NCBI GenBank assembly: GCA_001179505.1
Contig: CDMY01000453.1
Location: 1-64,000 of the forward strand
DNA from: Vitrella brassicaformis CCMP3155
Lineage: Eukaryota > Protista > Chromerida
Reading direction: 5' to 3'
DNA: 64,000 nucleotides
Shown: positions 33,601 to 47,180 of the stretch, piece after piece
Position numbering within the stretch: the stretch's first letter is position 1
Layout: each line of letters begins with the position of its first letter
Program-made: the position numbers and the translations under genes
Notes under the pieces: generated by a model
The model's database searches: none
What the model saw: the letters and a program-made list of their open reading frames with translations, nothing else
Told to the model about the DNA's origin: nothing

Positions 33601-36600
33601 TGCAGAACATCACAGGTGCATCCATCCATGCAGCAATCTCTTTTTGTACTTAGGCCCGCGATGCTCTATGGCCAGATAGCCCACGGTGATGTCACTGTTC
33701 GACAGCGAAAGCAACACACCATCATCTGTGAGACCGACACAAAAAGGCCATGGAAGGAAGACAGCGACAGGCTGCTTGCTTGATTGTCTGTCTGTCCGTC
33801 GGGCTTGTCTGTCTGTTTGTTTGCCCTTACTCTCGTCCTGAAGGCCCAGCAAAAACCCAAGAGGTGTGACGTCACGGACGCGGACAGTCAGAAATCTCTG
33901 CTGATCAGTGTACGGCTGGACGGTCGCGATGACCACCACCTGGGTGCATGTGCACAGATACAAAATCGGCAGGTCGACAAAGATAGGGCGTGCCGTTCGT
34001 GTAGTGGCCCCGCACCTTGCTCGCTGCTCGAAAGGGCTGCTGGAAAATGACGCGTCTCCAGCCATCAGATGCGTACGTGATGGCCTCTGGCGTGGCGGTC
34101 CCGACAACGAAGTCGGCGGGAAATACGACAGACCCCACTTCTATGAGGTCGAGGCCCCTCTGTGGGTTTGGTTTCTGGTAGAGGCCTCTCTCAACTATGG
34201 CCCAGTCGAAGCTGGTTGTCAGTGATGAGTCGACTGTTGCGCACGCAGGCTGCTCCGCAGTGACGAAGAACGACCTGACGGCGCGTGCAATACGACAGAT
34301 GACTTTCATGCTGGTGTCTCATGGGCTGCTTCCATGCATACCATCCAGTCTGCGTGCTCAGGGTCTTCCTTGCGTTTGTCGGCCCTCTGATTCGTGTGAC
34401 TCGCGGCCTGGCCGAGGCCATGTTGCTGGTTGCAGAGGCCGGCATGTGGACGCCGAGCAGCACAATTGGCTGGGCGAATCCCTGTGTGACAGTGACCTGT
34501 GTCTCGTCGGTTGAGGTCACGCCAGTCATATGTCCCATCTCCGCATAGACAATCTTCGCTGCATTCAGTGAGACATAAAAAAAGAGAGGAAGAGAAAAAA
34601 GCTCAGCCTATACGTTTCTGCTTGTCGCTCACATGGACCATCCGTCCGGGTATAATACATCGGTGAACCCCCTGGATTTGGGACCCAAAGGCATTCATGC
34701 CTGTAAACCTGCATGAGGGTCGTCGTGCAATGACCATCAATCAATTGACACCCACCCACCTTCAGGTGTGCAGCGGAGGCCTCGAAATCCATGCGCAAGT
34801 ATGCGTCCTGTGCGCCACACGGGCAGCAAGCACATGCAAGCCTTATACTTTGTATGTCTCACTCACCACAACGCCTCTCGGTATGACGGTGTACTGGTGT
34901 GTTGGGGGGCCTGAGGTGCTGTACCCGTAGACGAAGGTGTTTGTCGAGCTACTGTACGTCAGACGTATTGTTTCCTGGGGGTTTGTGGGGGAGGCGTACG
35001 TTCCCGTGACGTCCCACACTGACAGAGGGAGGAGTGACAGACAACAGTAAATGTCGGAAATGTCTGTAGGCATTCTTCTTTTGGCTTCTCCGCTCGCGGC
35101 GTCCTTACAGGGATCGAGCGAGTAGCATTCTTGTAGGTCATAGTCGTAGCAGCACCCGAGAGCTTCACAGTTTGCTGGCGCAAGCGGAATATTTGGCACC
35201 ATTGCACAGCGGGCAAAGGCCATGCTCTTGTTCGGACACGTCACATATTCTGAGGGAGAGAGGAAGAGAGAGAGAGACATGTGACATCGACCTTTGAAGC
35301 TGTACTCCTCACGTGTGTGGACGCCAAAGTACGGCCCGGTCTCGACGTCAATCATCGGAACACTGTCACCCTCAGATGCGACTGAACAGAGAGAATGGCC
35401 AAACACGCTTTCACTTTAATGAGAACAAGCATGCGCTGTGCGGTCCCGTGTTGTGCTGTCGCGACCTTGTCCAAAGGTTGGACAGTTGTTATCTGCTTGA
35501 GCTGTCACATAGACATACTGCGGCGCAGTGACACGCGCCGCCTGATCCTCTGCATTGACCATGGCCACTTTGACAGCTGGTCTGACTGCAGACAGAGGAA
35601 GATGGCTGGAGAAAGATAGACGCAGTCAGCTTCATGCGTACACGGCTCTTGCTTGACAAAAGCGTCGAAGCCGCTTGCGGGCACCAAGCTGGTGCTATTT
35701 GTCGCCTCACATCTGCTCGAGCCGCCGCTACCGCTGAACACCGCACAAAAGCACGCCGAGGACTCTGAACAGCTGCGAAGAAGCGACATACGTACACGTT
35801 AAGACAGACAGCCGTTGCAGCGGGAAGACGACATGGGTGCTGTTTGCGTACCTGTTGTAACAAACTTTTTTCGTTACACCAGACCCCAGCACACTGCGGT
35901 CGCCCCCCGTGCAGTCATAGTCAGTGTGGGTCAGGTAAGGCACTGCATGACGCCGACAAGAGTGACCGACATGCCGTGCAGCTGCTTGTGGTTCATGTCT
36001 CTGTGACTTACCATGGGGCGCGCCCAGAATCCTCAGCCCGTACACACGCACGGGCACTTCCCCGTGGGTCTGCAGCAGCTTTATCTCCAACTCGTCCGTG
36101 TGGACGTAGGGAAAACGCACGTGGAGCCATGTCTGCAGACAAGCAGCAAGAAACTAGGTACAAGAGACATGGCCCGGCCCTCGGTGTACCTGGTCATTGT
36201 CGGTAACCTCCGCGGCTTGCATCATTCCCGCGCCACTGTCCCCGTACCACACCTCGACCGTCTTCGGAGTGTGTGGCTGGGCGACCAGCCGCGGGATGAT
36301 CTTGCGCTTCTCGTATTTGTCAAACGAGATTTCTACGCCTCCAATGTACGCAGCAGAAGTAAAATTGATAAGGAAGACGTCGGACGAGCCGTCCACCGAC
36401 GAGCCTTCCCAGTAGGTGTCGGAGGCATCTGTAAGCATCTGTTCCATCGCCGAGCCGCCGCTGAAGGAATGCGCCGGGATGTGTGTGTACTCGGGCGCAT
36501 TGGTCGCTTCGATGGCAAGATCGTCAAGTGGCCGCCACCCAAAAGGGTCCGTTGCATATTGTATCTGATGCAGCGTGACGGCGACTGAAGTGAAAAGGCG

Positions 36601-37758
36601 GGAAACACACACACACACACAAAAAAGGAAGCAGTCAGTGGTGTTTCCATTCGCAAGAACGAATACGTCTGCATTTGCCGGTCACACATCCAGCAGTGGT
36701 GCCGTGCTCGGTGGCCATCGTGATGTCGCCCGAGGAAGGCTGCTTCAGCAGATGGCAGTGTCCGGTGTCCTGTTGATAGTTGATGTACTTGCAGTCGTTG
36801 CGGCTGTAGCAGAGGGCGAGACAGGCACGCGCACTGGACGGGGAGAATATCATGTTTTCTCCCCCAAACCCCTGCCAGGCATAGTCGGCGCCTTGATACG
36901 CATAGTCAGCAGACATGGCTGCCGGGAGATAGCAGTAGGGAAGGCAAGAAGCGTCCGTGGCGTCAGCCTCGATCGCTGCAACACACGCGTTGGCCCACTA
37001 CTCTTGTCAGATGGTTTCGAATAGTCGATTTAATCACCTGAACAATCGCCTCTGCCATTGATGGCACCGGGCTCATCTTTGAACGAATCAATATCGCCAG
37101 GATAGCTGCAAATACAGAACAGGAATTGTGTGGCGCGAGTATCCGCTGTTGAAGCGTGAGTACAGACGGATGCATACATTTCAAAGTGACCGCATTGCGC
37201 GTGGCCCATGTGCGTGGACACAGTAAAGTGCGTGCAGGAGGGTTCCGCCAGGCACTCTTGCTGGCAGCGGACGACGGCGGTTTCCTTGGTTGTGGTATCT
37301 TTCCAGCCCCCTGATGTTGAGAGTCTGCGGGGGTGCGAACTGTCAGTCGAATACGTGTAGGCCACATCAAACTGATAGCAGCCTGTCGATGAATGCATCC
37401 AACATGCAACACAGCCATCTTCAAGCGTCGGTGTTCCCTTTGACGCCTTCTCACTGGCTTTGCAGAAGGGCGTCTCCTCGCAAGAGATTCCGTCATAAGA
37501 TCCGAAATCACAGTACCGACAACATAAGTGCCCCTGCACACCGCAGCCAGTCGTCGTTGCCTCGCACGTGGGGTCAAACTTGACGCGTTCGCCGCTCGAC
37601 AGAGAAAGACCGGCACACGTTGATCTGGTCACGCTGATGTCATTGAGGCATTCGTCAATCAGGCAGCAGGAGGGCTGGAAGCAGATGGCAAGCAGCAAAG
37701 AGATGGCAACGGGAGCCAGAAGGCCTGAATGCCGTCCTCCTGGATCAGGAACTGCCAT
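18693..37758 (-). CDS. Giant polycystin-1-like (REJ + GAIN/GPS + multi-TM) cell-surface protein with PAN, discoidin-like, trefoil, H-lectin-like, bacterial Ig-like and Cys-rich CGDG/CDDG-type modules; many exons
   Basis: Signal peptide at 37758. PAN (ACLALCYSRNDCKYINY..CHLL); trefoil (RCAMVPNIPLAPANCEALGCCYD); Big-like (VPAGVVHDQAGNGN); CGDAFKTEAEVCDDG..GDGCAADC; REJ (DRPPFGGHI..GWKDDDD, PLPKGRWTLYGVVRDAHG); GPS (CQFFDERSGNWSREGC..VTCSCDHLTSF). Then TM1, REHPL..DPIISRTQRYSV and further TMs. A phase-compatible exon chain was traced through most of 23100-18693. Confidence 0.8.
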
Positions 37759-37906
37759 AATGGAATTTAATGCGAATGCTGGACGAATGGAAGGCGAGCT
37801 AGATGTGGGGCCCTCGTGGGGCCCAGCGCCTACCCGTCGCCCCCCTACCCGTGCCGTCTCGTCTCCACTCTCATACCGCGTAAAGGTGTCCGTGCACGTG
37901 GCGTGC

Positions 37907-38248
37907 GGGGGGGGGGGGGGGGNNNNNNNNNNNNNNNNNNNNNNNNNNNNNNNNNNNNNNNNNNNNNNNNNNNNNNNNNNNNNNNNNNNNNNNNNNNNNN
38001 NNNNNNNNNNNNNNNNNNNNNNNNNNNNNNNNNNNNNNNNNNNNNNNNNNNNNNNNNNNNNNNNNNNNNNNNNNNNNNNNNNNNNNNNNNNNNNNNNNNN
38101 NNNNNNNNNNNNNNNNNNNNNNNNNNNNNNNNNNNNNNNNNNNNNNNNNNNNNNNNNNNNNNNNNNNNNNNNNNNNNNNNNNNNNNNNNNNNNNNNNNNN
38201 NNNNNNNNNNNNNNNNNNNNNNGGGGGGGGGGGGGGGGGGGGGGGGGC
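37907..38248. other. Assembly gap (300 N, 37923-38222) flanked by poly-G tracts
   Basis: G runs on both sides of the N block. Confidence 0.95.
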
Positions 38249-38738
38249 GGGGTGGGTGGATGGGTGTCCCGAAAAACCGAAAACTATACACGAAATGCGC
38301 TTGCCTTGCCAAGCGCCGAAGCGAGCCGGAGACGGTGCATATATGTTGATCGGGTCGCTCTCGCACGCGTACGCTACCATGGCATGGGTAGATGAAAATT
38401 ACTTGACGAAAAGAGGTGACGTCAGCGATGTGTCGACATACATGTACACAATACACACACAGACATGCACAGGGAGAGAAAGAGAGAGAGAGAGAGACAT
38501 AGAGTTAGGAGGAGTGCGCGCATATACGCAACACAGAGTAGCAGAGTTACGTCCAAACTAGTCGGGCTGCCTGTCTCTCCCCGGTGTCTGTCGGGCAGCT
38601 GCTCAAAACGCGTCCGTCCACTACGTACATACACATCTGCATTCACACCCACACAAGCTGGCACACTCATTCGCCCACTTTGCCGCCTAGGTACAAAACC
38701 CTTCTATGCAAGACGCACACAGAAATGCAAAACAGACT

Positions 38739-38773
<35 letters not shown>

Positions 38774-38907
38774 CCATGCTTGTCCGCAGCGCTATAGAGG
38801 GAGAGGCCGCACGTGATTGACGTGCGTACGCCTCACTCACACACATACAGTACACACTATCAATCCATCCCTACTACCCCTCAGCCAACCAAATGGCCTT
38901 GCCATCC

Positions 38908-39892
38908 TCAAGCCAAAATTGCCACCCCTGCTGTGCTGTTGTCGCTGTCATCTGTCGGCATTGTCAGTGGCATCCGGTCGATCAGCACCTTGTCGTACTT
39001 CTCACATGAGTCGTCGTAGTGCAGGTCGCGCAACACGTTCTCGGGACACGCCATCCGCCTCATCGACGATCCGAAAGTCTCGTCAACAGCGGCCGCATCG
39101 AAGAGACTGCTCGTGTCCACATCGGCGCCAGTCACTTTGGTCCAGCACGTCTCGATCTGGGACAGCACGGGCCCTCGACAGCTCATCGCCACCATGTTGG
39201 GACCCCCATAGGCGTTCTGGATGGCGGCGACCGACACCTCCCGGCCGATGTGCTGACGGACAAGCTTGGGCGTGTCGCTCAGAAAGAAGGCGCGCGCCAT
39301 CAGGGCAAAGTAGGCGACCGCACTGAGCCCGGAGCAGCTGCCGTGCCGCGCGTACTCGTGGTCGATGAAGCCGCCGCTGACGTTGAGAGTTGCCGAGTAG
39401 GCGGGCGCAATGCGCTGCCAGAGGTGCTGAAATCGACTCTTGACGTCGGCCGGTGCGCGGCAGTGCGGCAGCTTCTTCTGTGAGCGACGCGAGCAGCTTG
39501 CAAAGCCACCACAGAACTGAGGGAAGCGATAGGGCTGCCGCGCAGCAGCAGTCGTGTCATTGTACTGAATCAACACAGACCGCACACACAGAAACGGTAT
39601 ACTGTGCATCGCTCCATCTGCTCATGTATCCCTTCCTTGTGTGTGGACGCACTTGAGGCCACAGGCCATGCAGAGTGAAGTGCGTAGCGGCAAATGAGCC
39701 CGGCTTGATGGAGGTGCACTCGGCGCTGCCCTTGCCTTGCGTAAGGCACCACTCAGGCGCCCAACCCTCTGCCAGCACGTACAGGTCAAACGTGCCAGCA
39801 GGGACGCCCGTTTCTTGAGCAGTGACGCAGCATATGGCAAGGAGGCCGGAGATGACCAGCAGATGCGACAGATCTGAGAGCGGGGACCTCAT
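38908..39892 (-). CDS. Secreted ribonuclease T2 family protein, 2 exons
   Basis: Signal peptide (LLVISGLLAICCVTAQ), FDLYVLAEGWAPEWC, CAS I FTLHGLWP, CAS II FIDHEYARHGSC and a C-terminal LSQIETCW. Confidence 0.9.
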
Positions 39893-40089
39893 CTCGCCTG
39901 AACAATCTCCCTCGGGAACCCTGTTGAGCTCGCATTCAGTGGCTGGGCAGTTCCACGATACCCACCCCTTCTGGGGACAGCAGGGCGAAGCGGATTTGCG
40001 CATCTGTCAATATTGATCCAGTTGGAGCATTTTCACTCATCCCATCTCCTCGCTGCTTCCCTCTCTCGCCCTGGAGCCCCACATCAGGC

Positions 40090-40765
40090 ATGAAGGCATC
40101 GGCGCCCAGCAGCAAGGCCACAGCAGACGGCATCCACAAGCCAACAGAGGAGATGAGCGGCCGGCCGATGCTGCTCAATGTGGGCGGCTTCGTCATAGCG
40201 TTCCCTCGGGATGTGCTGCTGCGCGAGGGGCTGCGGGACACCTGCCTGGCGGTGCTGCTGAACCGCTTCGACAGCTGGATGATCACAGACGACAATCGCA
40301 TTCACTTCATTGACGCGACCCCTTCTACTTCATCTGGTGAGGGGAGGGAGGGAAGCAACACATTGGTTGACAGGCAGCAGCACTCGCCGTGTGTGTGTTC
40401 AGGTTGGCTGTGAAGCTTCGTTACCTGAGCTCCAACCGCATCGACGTGAGTGAGATCATCGAGGGCTGCCCCGCACTGGCCTTCTACCACGACCGCTTCT
40501 TCGCCAAGACGGCCGTCACCATCGAGCCGCAACACGGTGACCACGACAGCGAGGCGTTCCGGGGCTTCACGGCCGTCATGGGGCCCTTCATCAGCTCATC
40601 GGTGGCGGGCGGGACGGGCGGCAGTGAGGTGCTGAGTGTGCGTGTGGCGGATGGCGGTGTGGTGGCCACGACCGACGCGACGCTGGCCGACTACAGCATA
40701 CTGCACGACCGATTCATCAAGTAGGGCTACAGGCGGACATGAGATGGCGTGGTGGTCATCTTCGC

Positions 40766-40802
<37 letters not shown>

Positions 40803-42553
40803 GTATGGGCCCGTCGCGGATGTGTCGGCAGACACCTTCCACAAGTGACACACCACAGCAGCAGCCAGGCGACACACGAAATCTCTGTGTGTGTGTGGTG
40901 TGCAGGGTGGTCGACGATTACATTCGTCGCATTCGGTTGCCCCCCGACGCCGCCACGCCGCTGCCGACGAGCAGCTGGCCTGACGAGCTCTTGTACGCCT
41001 GTGACATGTACGGCCTCATGGATCGGGTGTACCTCTCGATGATCGACAAATCGCACAGCCACATCAAATGCCTCTTCAAGTGAGTCACAACACACAACAG
41101 AGGGGTGTGGGAGGGAGATGCCATTTGTTGATTTGGATGCCTTTGTGTGTCAGGAGTTCGTCTGACGGAGAGTTTGGCACTCTGGTAGAGCGAGTGGCGG
41201 GTGTGAGCGGCCTGCTCTTCGTCATCGAGGACGAGAAGCAGTACACCATCGCCTGCCACATCGACGGGCCCCTCATCCCCCCGGCTGACCCGACATCGAC
41301 GCTGCTCACCGGCAGCCCTGTGACCTTCTACTCCATCAATGGGCCATTCGAGGAGGGCGGCATCGCCAAGATCACCGTGCCGCATGACGACCAGTACGTG
41401 ATGGTCGCCGGCACAGAGGGGGCGGTGAAGGACGGCAATGGAGTGCCGGCTGGCAAGGTGTGCATCGGGGGCGTGCGGCTCTGCCTGGGGTATGGGCAGG
41501 GGAGGCCGGCTGACGACCTCCGCAGCTGCCTCCAGTGGGTGCGTAGAGGCGAGCTCCCCGGAGACAAGACGTACGTGGGCAGCATCAATTCAGGAGTGGC
41601 CACTTTGGCCAAGAAACACTCCTTCACAGCCCAGCGGCTTGAGGTCTACGAGGTCAGACAGAAACATCAAGTGGACGGACGTCATCATGTCCATGTGGCT
41701 TATGTGTCCATGTGCGTATATGTGTGTGTGTCTCTTTAGGTGTGGAGCACTCTCCCGGCTGATCCCATCCTTCCCGCCGATGACCTGCAGGCCCTTATCG
41801 ACACGACACGCGACATAGGGATGACAGCACAGCTGCTCTACAAGTGAGTCAGCCAAAGATGCTATCATCGTATCTCTCTGCTGTCTGTCCGGCTGTGTCA
41901 GGGGCGAGCGTGACGGCTGGACGCACGAGACCATGCTGGCCAAGGTGGGCGAGGCGGCCGACCTGCTGCTGGTGGCCAAAGACACCGGCAGCCACACATT
42001 CGCCACCCACATCGAGGGACAGCTCAAGCAGCCAGCCGACCCCACTGGAGTGGCGCACAGACGCTGCCCCGTGACCTTCTACTCCATCAGCGGCGCATTC
42101 GAGCAGCAGGGCATCGCCAAGCTCACCGTGCCACAAAACAAGCAGCATGTGATAGTCGCCGGCGCCGAGGGGGCGGTGGTGGGCAGCAAGGGCGGTGCTG
42201 GCAAGGTGGTCATCGGTGGGGGCCGCCTGTGGCTGGGGTATGGGAGGGATGCGCGCCCGGCTGGCGACCTCCGCAGCTGCCATCAGTGGGTGAGGGGAGT
42301 GAGCTGCCCGACGACAAGACGTACGTGGGCAGCATCAACGAGGACAGATGGGCCACCTTAGCTGCCTGTGCGCACTTCACATGTGTCGATTTGGAGGTCT
42401 ACACACTGCAGGTCAGAGGGGCCAGGGAGAGGAGGGAGGCACATGAGTGTTTTGATTCCGTTGCCCTCCTGGTTCTGTCTGTGTGTGCAGGTGCCGGATG
42501 GCTGGGAGTGGCTGAGTGCGGTGGCCGACATAGTGCTCTCACAATCGACATGA
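40090..42553 (+). pseudogene. BTB/POZ-like plus tandem TLD-like domain gene with two apparent 1-nt frameshifts (pseudogene or assembly error)
   Basis: LLNVGGFVIAFPRDVLL..HFIDA (BTB-like) and two similar domains (PVTFYSI.G.FE..GI.K.TVP..KV.IGG.RL.LGYG..DLRSC.QWV..DKTYVGSIN). The frame breaks at C run 40319-40322 (restored reading FYFIW|LAVK) and at G run 42294-42297. Confidence 0.65.
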
Positions 42554-43888
42554 GATCTGTCTGTCGAGGGGCTGAGCGGAGCGGGGCGAGTAGCCAGTGG
42601 ATGAGGATAATCGGCAGGCGTGGGAGCACGTGCCCACGCTTATGCTCGGATGTGTCTATACCGTCTTATGTGTTTGTATACAGCTGCTGCGTGCGTGTGC
42701 CTGGAGATGTGTATACCCGTCTCTTTGTGCTCATATGTATGTGGCCGTGGTGTCACGCGTGCGCTGCATGCCTGGCTGCCAGTCTGTCTGCCTGCCTGCC
42801 TACGTAGTCATGTTCCGACACCTGCATCCGTTGAAGACTGCCACGATCGATGTGCCAGGGAGGTCACACACATCCATCCATGCCGAAGCCACATGGATGG
42901 CCTCAGGTGCCCACACTGTGCTGGTTGGATGTGTGACCTCCCTATGTGTCTGTGTAGCTAGTGTGTCCCTGGGTCTCGGGTCATGACACTTTGCACCCCA
43001 GAGCGGTGTGGCGGCCTTAAAACTTGATTTGATGCTGTGTCCATTGGCTCATTCATTCAAACAGAGCGGTCACAATCCATATCCCATCCCACACACACCA
43101 CACATGCACACCACCTCCCACCAGCCGGCCTTCTCCGCCCAACGACCACACACACGACCACGACCGCCCACCACTTGCCAGTATTCACTCCACATGCCCT
43201 CGTGATTCACCGTCCGATTCACCGCTGCCACCGCCACCTCGTGTGCAGCAGCAAGGCGCACAAGGTGTCGGTGAAGATGATGACCAGATGATGACCTCAA
43301 ATGGACGAAACCGAAACCGAAACCGAAACCGAATCAGCAGTGAGGATCCAACCCGTCACACACCATACAGCAGTGTCGTCACATCAGCAGTCGGTCGCTC
43401 GGCACGGATGGATCATCACCAGAAGGACGGCGGGCGAATGAGGCCGGCAGTGGTTGGTGGCAGGCTCAGGCTTATCGGGATCTCTGTCGCATCTTCCTCC
43501 TCTTGCGCTGGAGGCGGCGAGTGCGCTTCTTCTTCCACTGAACACACACACACACACACACAGCATGACCACACTATCGTCTGGCGCTTCCTCCCCCTGG
43601 CTGCCAACCCCCCGGCATCACTTCTTCCCCTCACAGCTGCCCCTTTGGCCTTGCTGAGCGCCCATGACTGCCCTCCATCCCCCCTCTCGCGTGTCTTTGC
43701 TTCCCCCGTGTCAGATCTGTGTCGGGTGTGTGTCTTCTCACCTTCCAGCGCATACGCGCCGTGGACTTCTTATACCGACTGGCTCCGTGTGCCATCTTGT
43801 CAACACCGAAGCGGGAACGGCTTCGTTCGTCAGTTTCGAGCTCGCAGGATCGTCTTACCCTGAAACCCGAACTCTACTAGTGAAAAAT

Positions 43889-46527
43889 ATGAATTTTGAT
43901 GTGAGGATGATGGAGAGTCAGCGTGCTCACGAAGATGCTGCAGGAGAATCGGATTTTGATTTTGACAGTCAGGTGTGCTTTATCAGCGGCATCCCGCTCT
44001 TCTTCACCATCTCCCACCTCCGCAGCTTCTTCCGCCACTTCACAGAGGTCTCCCGCTTCGCTTTGTTCCACTTCTGTGGCCGTCGGGTTCGGCTCAATCG
44101 CAGCGGAGTCACCGAAGTGCCGTCGTGCGGCTGTTGCTGTCTCGTCCGCCTGTCTGGTGATTGCTCTGTGGACGACTTCATCAGCCACTATCACGGCGTC
44201 CAGTGGAGCGAGGCGCTGCCCCACCTCACCGAGAGAATCGGCTGCTACACGTCGTGCCGCGTCACTCGGCTGAAGCGAGTGTCTGGACCAGGTGATACGT
44301 CTGCGGCGCGGCCGTGCTACCTGACTAACAGAGAGCGGCGAGAGAGAGCCGAGGCGTCAGGCGGAGCGGCCGAGTGCTGGGAGCCGGCTGATGAGGGGAC
44401 TAGTCTGTGTGAGGAGGGTGTGAAGGGGCGGGAGGGAGCCGTGATGCGGCCGAGCAGCGATTGGGTGGAGATGCACCCGCCGTATGGGCTGCCGCAGGGC
44501 AATGTGGGCACGCCGGAAACAGACCTCCTGCAGCAAGTCAACCAGGGGTGCGCACATGGCACTCTCGCATTGATGGAACGATTGATTGATGCGTCACTGT
44601 TTTGCGGGCGTGTGTGTGTGTCAGGTTGCTGCCACCCCGCCTGCTGTCCCACTTCGGCCTCTCCCTCTCTCACCTGACGGCCTATCGCCACCCCAGGCAC
44701 ACAGAGATCCCCCCGCCACCGTCCCTCATCCCACGCCAGCAGCAGCAGCAGCGGCCAGCCCCCGCCAGCAGTAACGACTCAGCGGCCGCCACCGGTGGTC
44801 GGACCAGCAAGGGCAAGAGAGCCCTCTCGGATGGGGCTGAGCGGCCTGACCATGGCTCGCTTTTTCGGCCACTCAAGCGGGCCAAGAATGAGCTGCGTCT
44901 GCGTGACAGCGAGGCCCAGAGACGTCGCGAGAAGGGAGCTGAGGGTGCAGAGGGCGTCGTGCGGCGGGGTGCGAAGGACAAAGGGGCCGTCAGAGGGACC
45001 TTTGTGGAGCGGTGGCGGGAGCAGCAGAGGCGAGCCGAGGCAACACGGCGGAGGAAGGCACGGCAGCAGGCAAAAGGTGAGATGAAGATCAGACCACCGG
45101 CTGGATCGGCATGTTATTGGATCTGCATACGTGCCTATGTGTGTTGTTTGGTGTGTGTGTTGTGTTGGGATCAGAATCGCCCGTCATCTATGAGATCGAG
45201 AAGGATTTGGCCCGCAAGGAGGGATACGACCCGGACGACGAGCCGGAAGGTATGCACAGACACAGAGGCAGACGGCACACAGACAGACAGACTGCCGGTG
45301 ATCATCTGTGTGTGTCTGTTGTGCTGTTGCGTGTCGACCAGCATGGGAGGTGACCGAGGCGGCGCTGGGCGAGCACCCCGACGTCCACTACGAGAAGAAC
45401 GACCGGCTCGACAGCACCGCCGGCTATCTCTATGAGGACCAAGTCACCAACCCATGGGACAAGCACGAGGCCAGCGGTCTCGTCCACTACACCGACGACT
45501 CGTTCTGGGACGCACAGTAAGTAACCGAACCAACATGGCATGGCGACATGCAGGCAATGCAATGGATGTGTGTGTCCATTCATCCATCCATGCATCCATC
45601 CATTCGCTCAGGGCGGGTGGCTTCGACGAGCGCACTGCCGACGACCTTGACGTCACGTGGGAAGAGGCCGAGGATCAGCCGCAGTGGCACTCGAGACAAA
45701 GGAGGAGGCGGTCGCGGCGCGGCAACAAGGGTGACGGTGAGGACATGACCTTCACCGACCCACACGTGCAGCAATTATACGGAGGTACCTCTGCGCAGAC
45801 ACACGTCATGAGTCCATGCACACCATCTCTTTCTCTGCATTGATGCGTGCATGCAGGTCCCCAGAGCGTGTTCCGTCTGCTCGACCAGTGCGGCTTCGAG
45901 CGCTCTGTCCGTCAAGGCGTCGCCGGCCGGCTGCTCCACAAATGGGGCTGGCGTGACGGCTATGGCCTCGGCCGTGATGCGCCGCCCCTGCCAGCGTCTG
46001 ACGACGCTCCCCCCTCACCCACCCGGCAGCACAACGTCCGGCGCTTCGCTTTGGCGCCTGGTGGTGCGGCCGCTGGCCGATCATCGCGCGTCTATGAGGA
46101 GGTCGTTGAGGGGCTGCCGGTCAGTTCGGGCCAGCGTGGCCTGGGGCACATCGGTGCGATGGAGACCCTGAGTGAGCGCACAGAGGGGGCCACGGCTGCC
46201 ACTGTGTATGGGGGAGCCGGCGGCAATCTGAAGGAGAAAGGGAGAGACACAAGACGGCGGCGTGAGCGGCAGCCCCACCACCAGCAGCGCCATCACGATC
46301 CGGGCTACATGGCGTCGTTTGCCTTGCCGAGGGACGGCAGCAGCGGCTGTGGGGGCATGTACAGAGTGCCGTCGATCGCATTTGTGTCGAGCCGGCGGCC
46401 GTACTCGTCGCGGCCGCCTGATCTGCCTGTGGAAAGGACTGTGGGTGATGACGGTGCTTGGGGTCTTGGTGGTGGTATTGGGGTAGAGAGGCTGCGAGCA
46501 CTGGTGGACCCAGAGTGGGAGGGATGA
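43889..46527 (+). CDS. GPATCH3: G-patch domain-containing protein 3 homolog, multi-exon (start approximate)
   Basis: HLRSFFRHF..CCCLV, EMHPPYGLPQGNVGTP, LLPPRLL, WDKHEASGLVHYTDDSFW, GGFDERTADDLDV and G-patch GFERSVRQGVAGRLLHKWGWRDGYGLG..QRGLG follow the order of conserved GPATCH3 blocks. Confidence 0.8.
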
Positions 46528-47180
46528 TGGCTGACTGGCAGTCGCCTTTCTCTCTCTGTTGCTTGGGTGTATGTCCGTTCTGGCAGACTGCCACACACGC
46601 ATAGAATGGTATCGACTGTCCTGCTGGGGGTCCTCTCATCAACTCGTGCATCGTGTCCTCCTGCTCACCCCCTGGTCGATGGGGTGTGAGCAGGTCGGCA
46701 CGCTGGACGACTCACATGAGAGCCAACAGCCGGACAGACAGATGAGATTTGGGTGGCAGGTATGGCTTCCCCTGCTTTGTGTGTGTCGTATCGAGCTTGT
46801 TGTCGATATCCTCGGTGGATGGATGGGACGACGAGTGTCTCATGTAAGATGAGCTGACACCTTCACCCCCCACGGACAGCTCGAGTTCACGGGCGTGTTA
46901 TATCGTATTAGTCCATGCAGCAATAGATTGAAAGTGACTGACACAATATAAAATGTAGGCACCGATGTCATGATGTCACCTCCCCGGTGCCACGCCTGTG
47001 CTTCCTCACGAAGTCCTGCAGCATCTCCACGGCCTCTCGGCCCTGCACACACAATCGATTCGACCGACAACAGAGACACACACACAGACACACAGGCAGA
47101 TGCATGTGTGGTGTGGTGTTGCTGCTTTGTGTGCGTTATCTGGCATCAACACATACACACATCCACACTGACTGAGCCAC

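Noticed and set aside
43307-43331. (GAAACC)4 as an interstitial telomere repeat
   Set aside because: Only four units and not a TTAGGG/TTTAGGG-type sequence.
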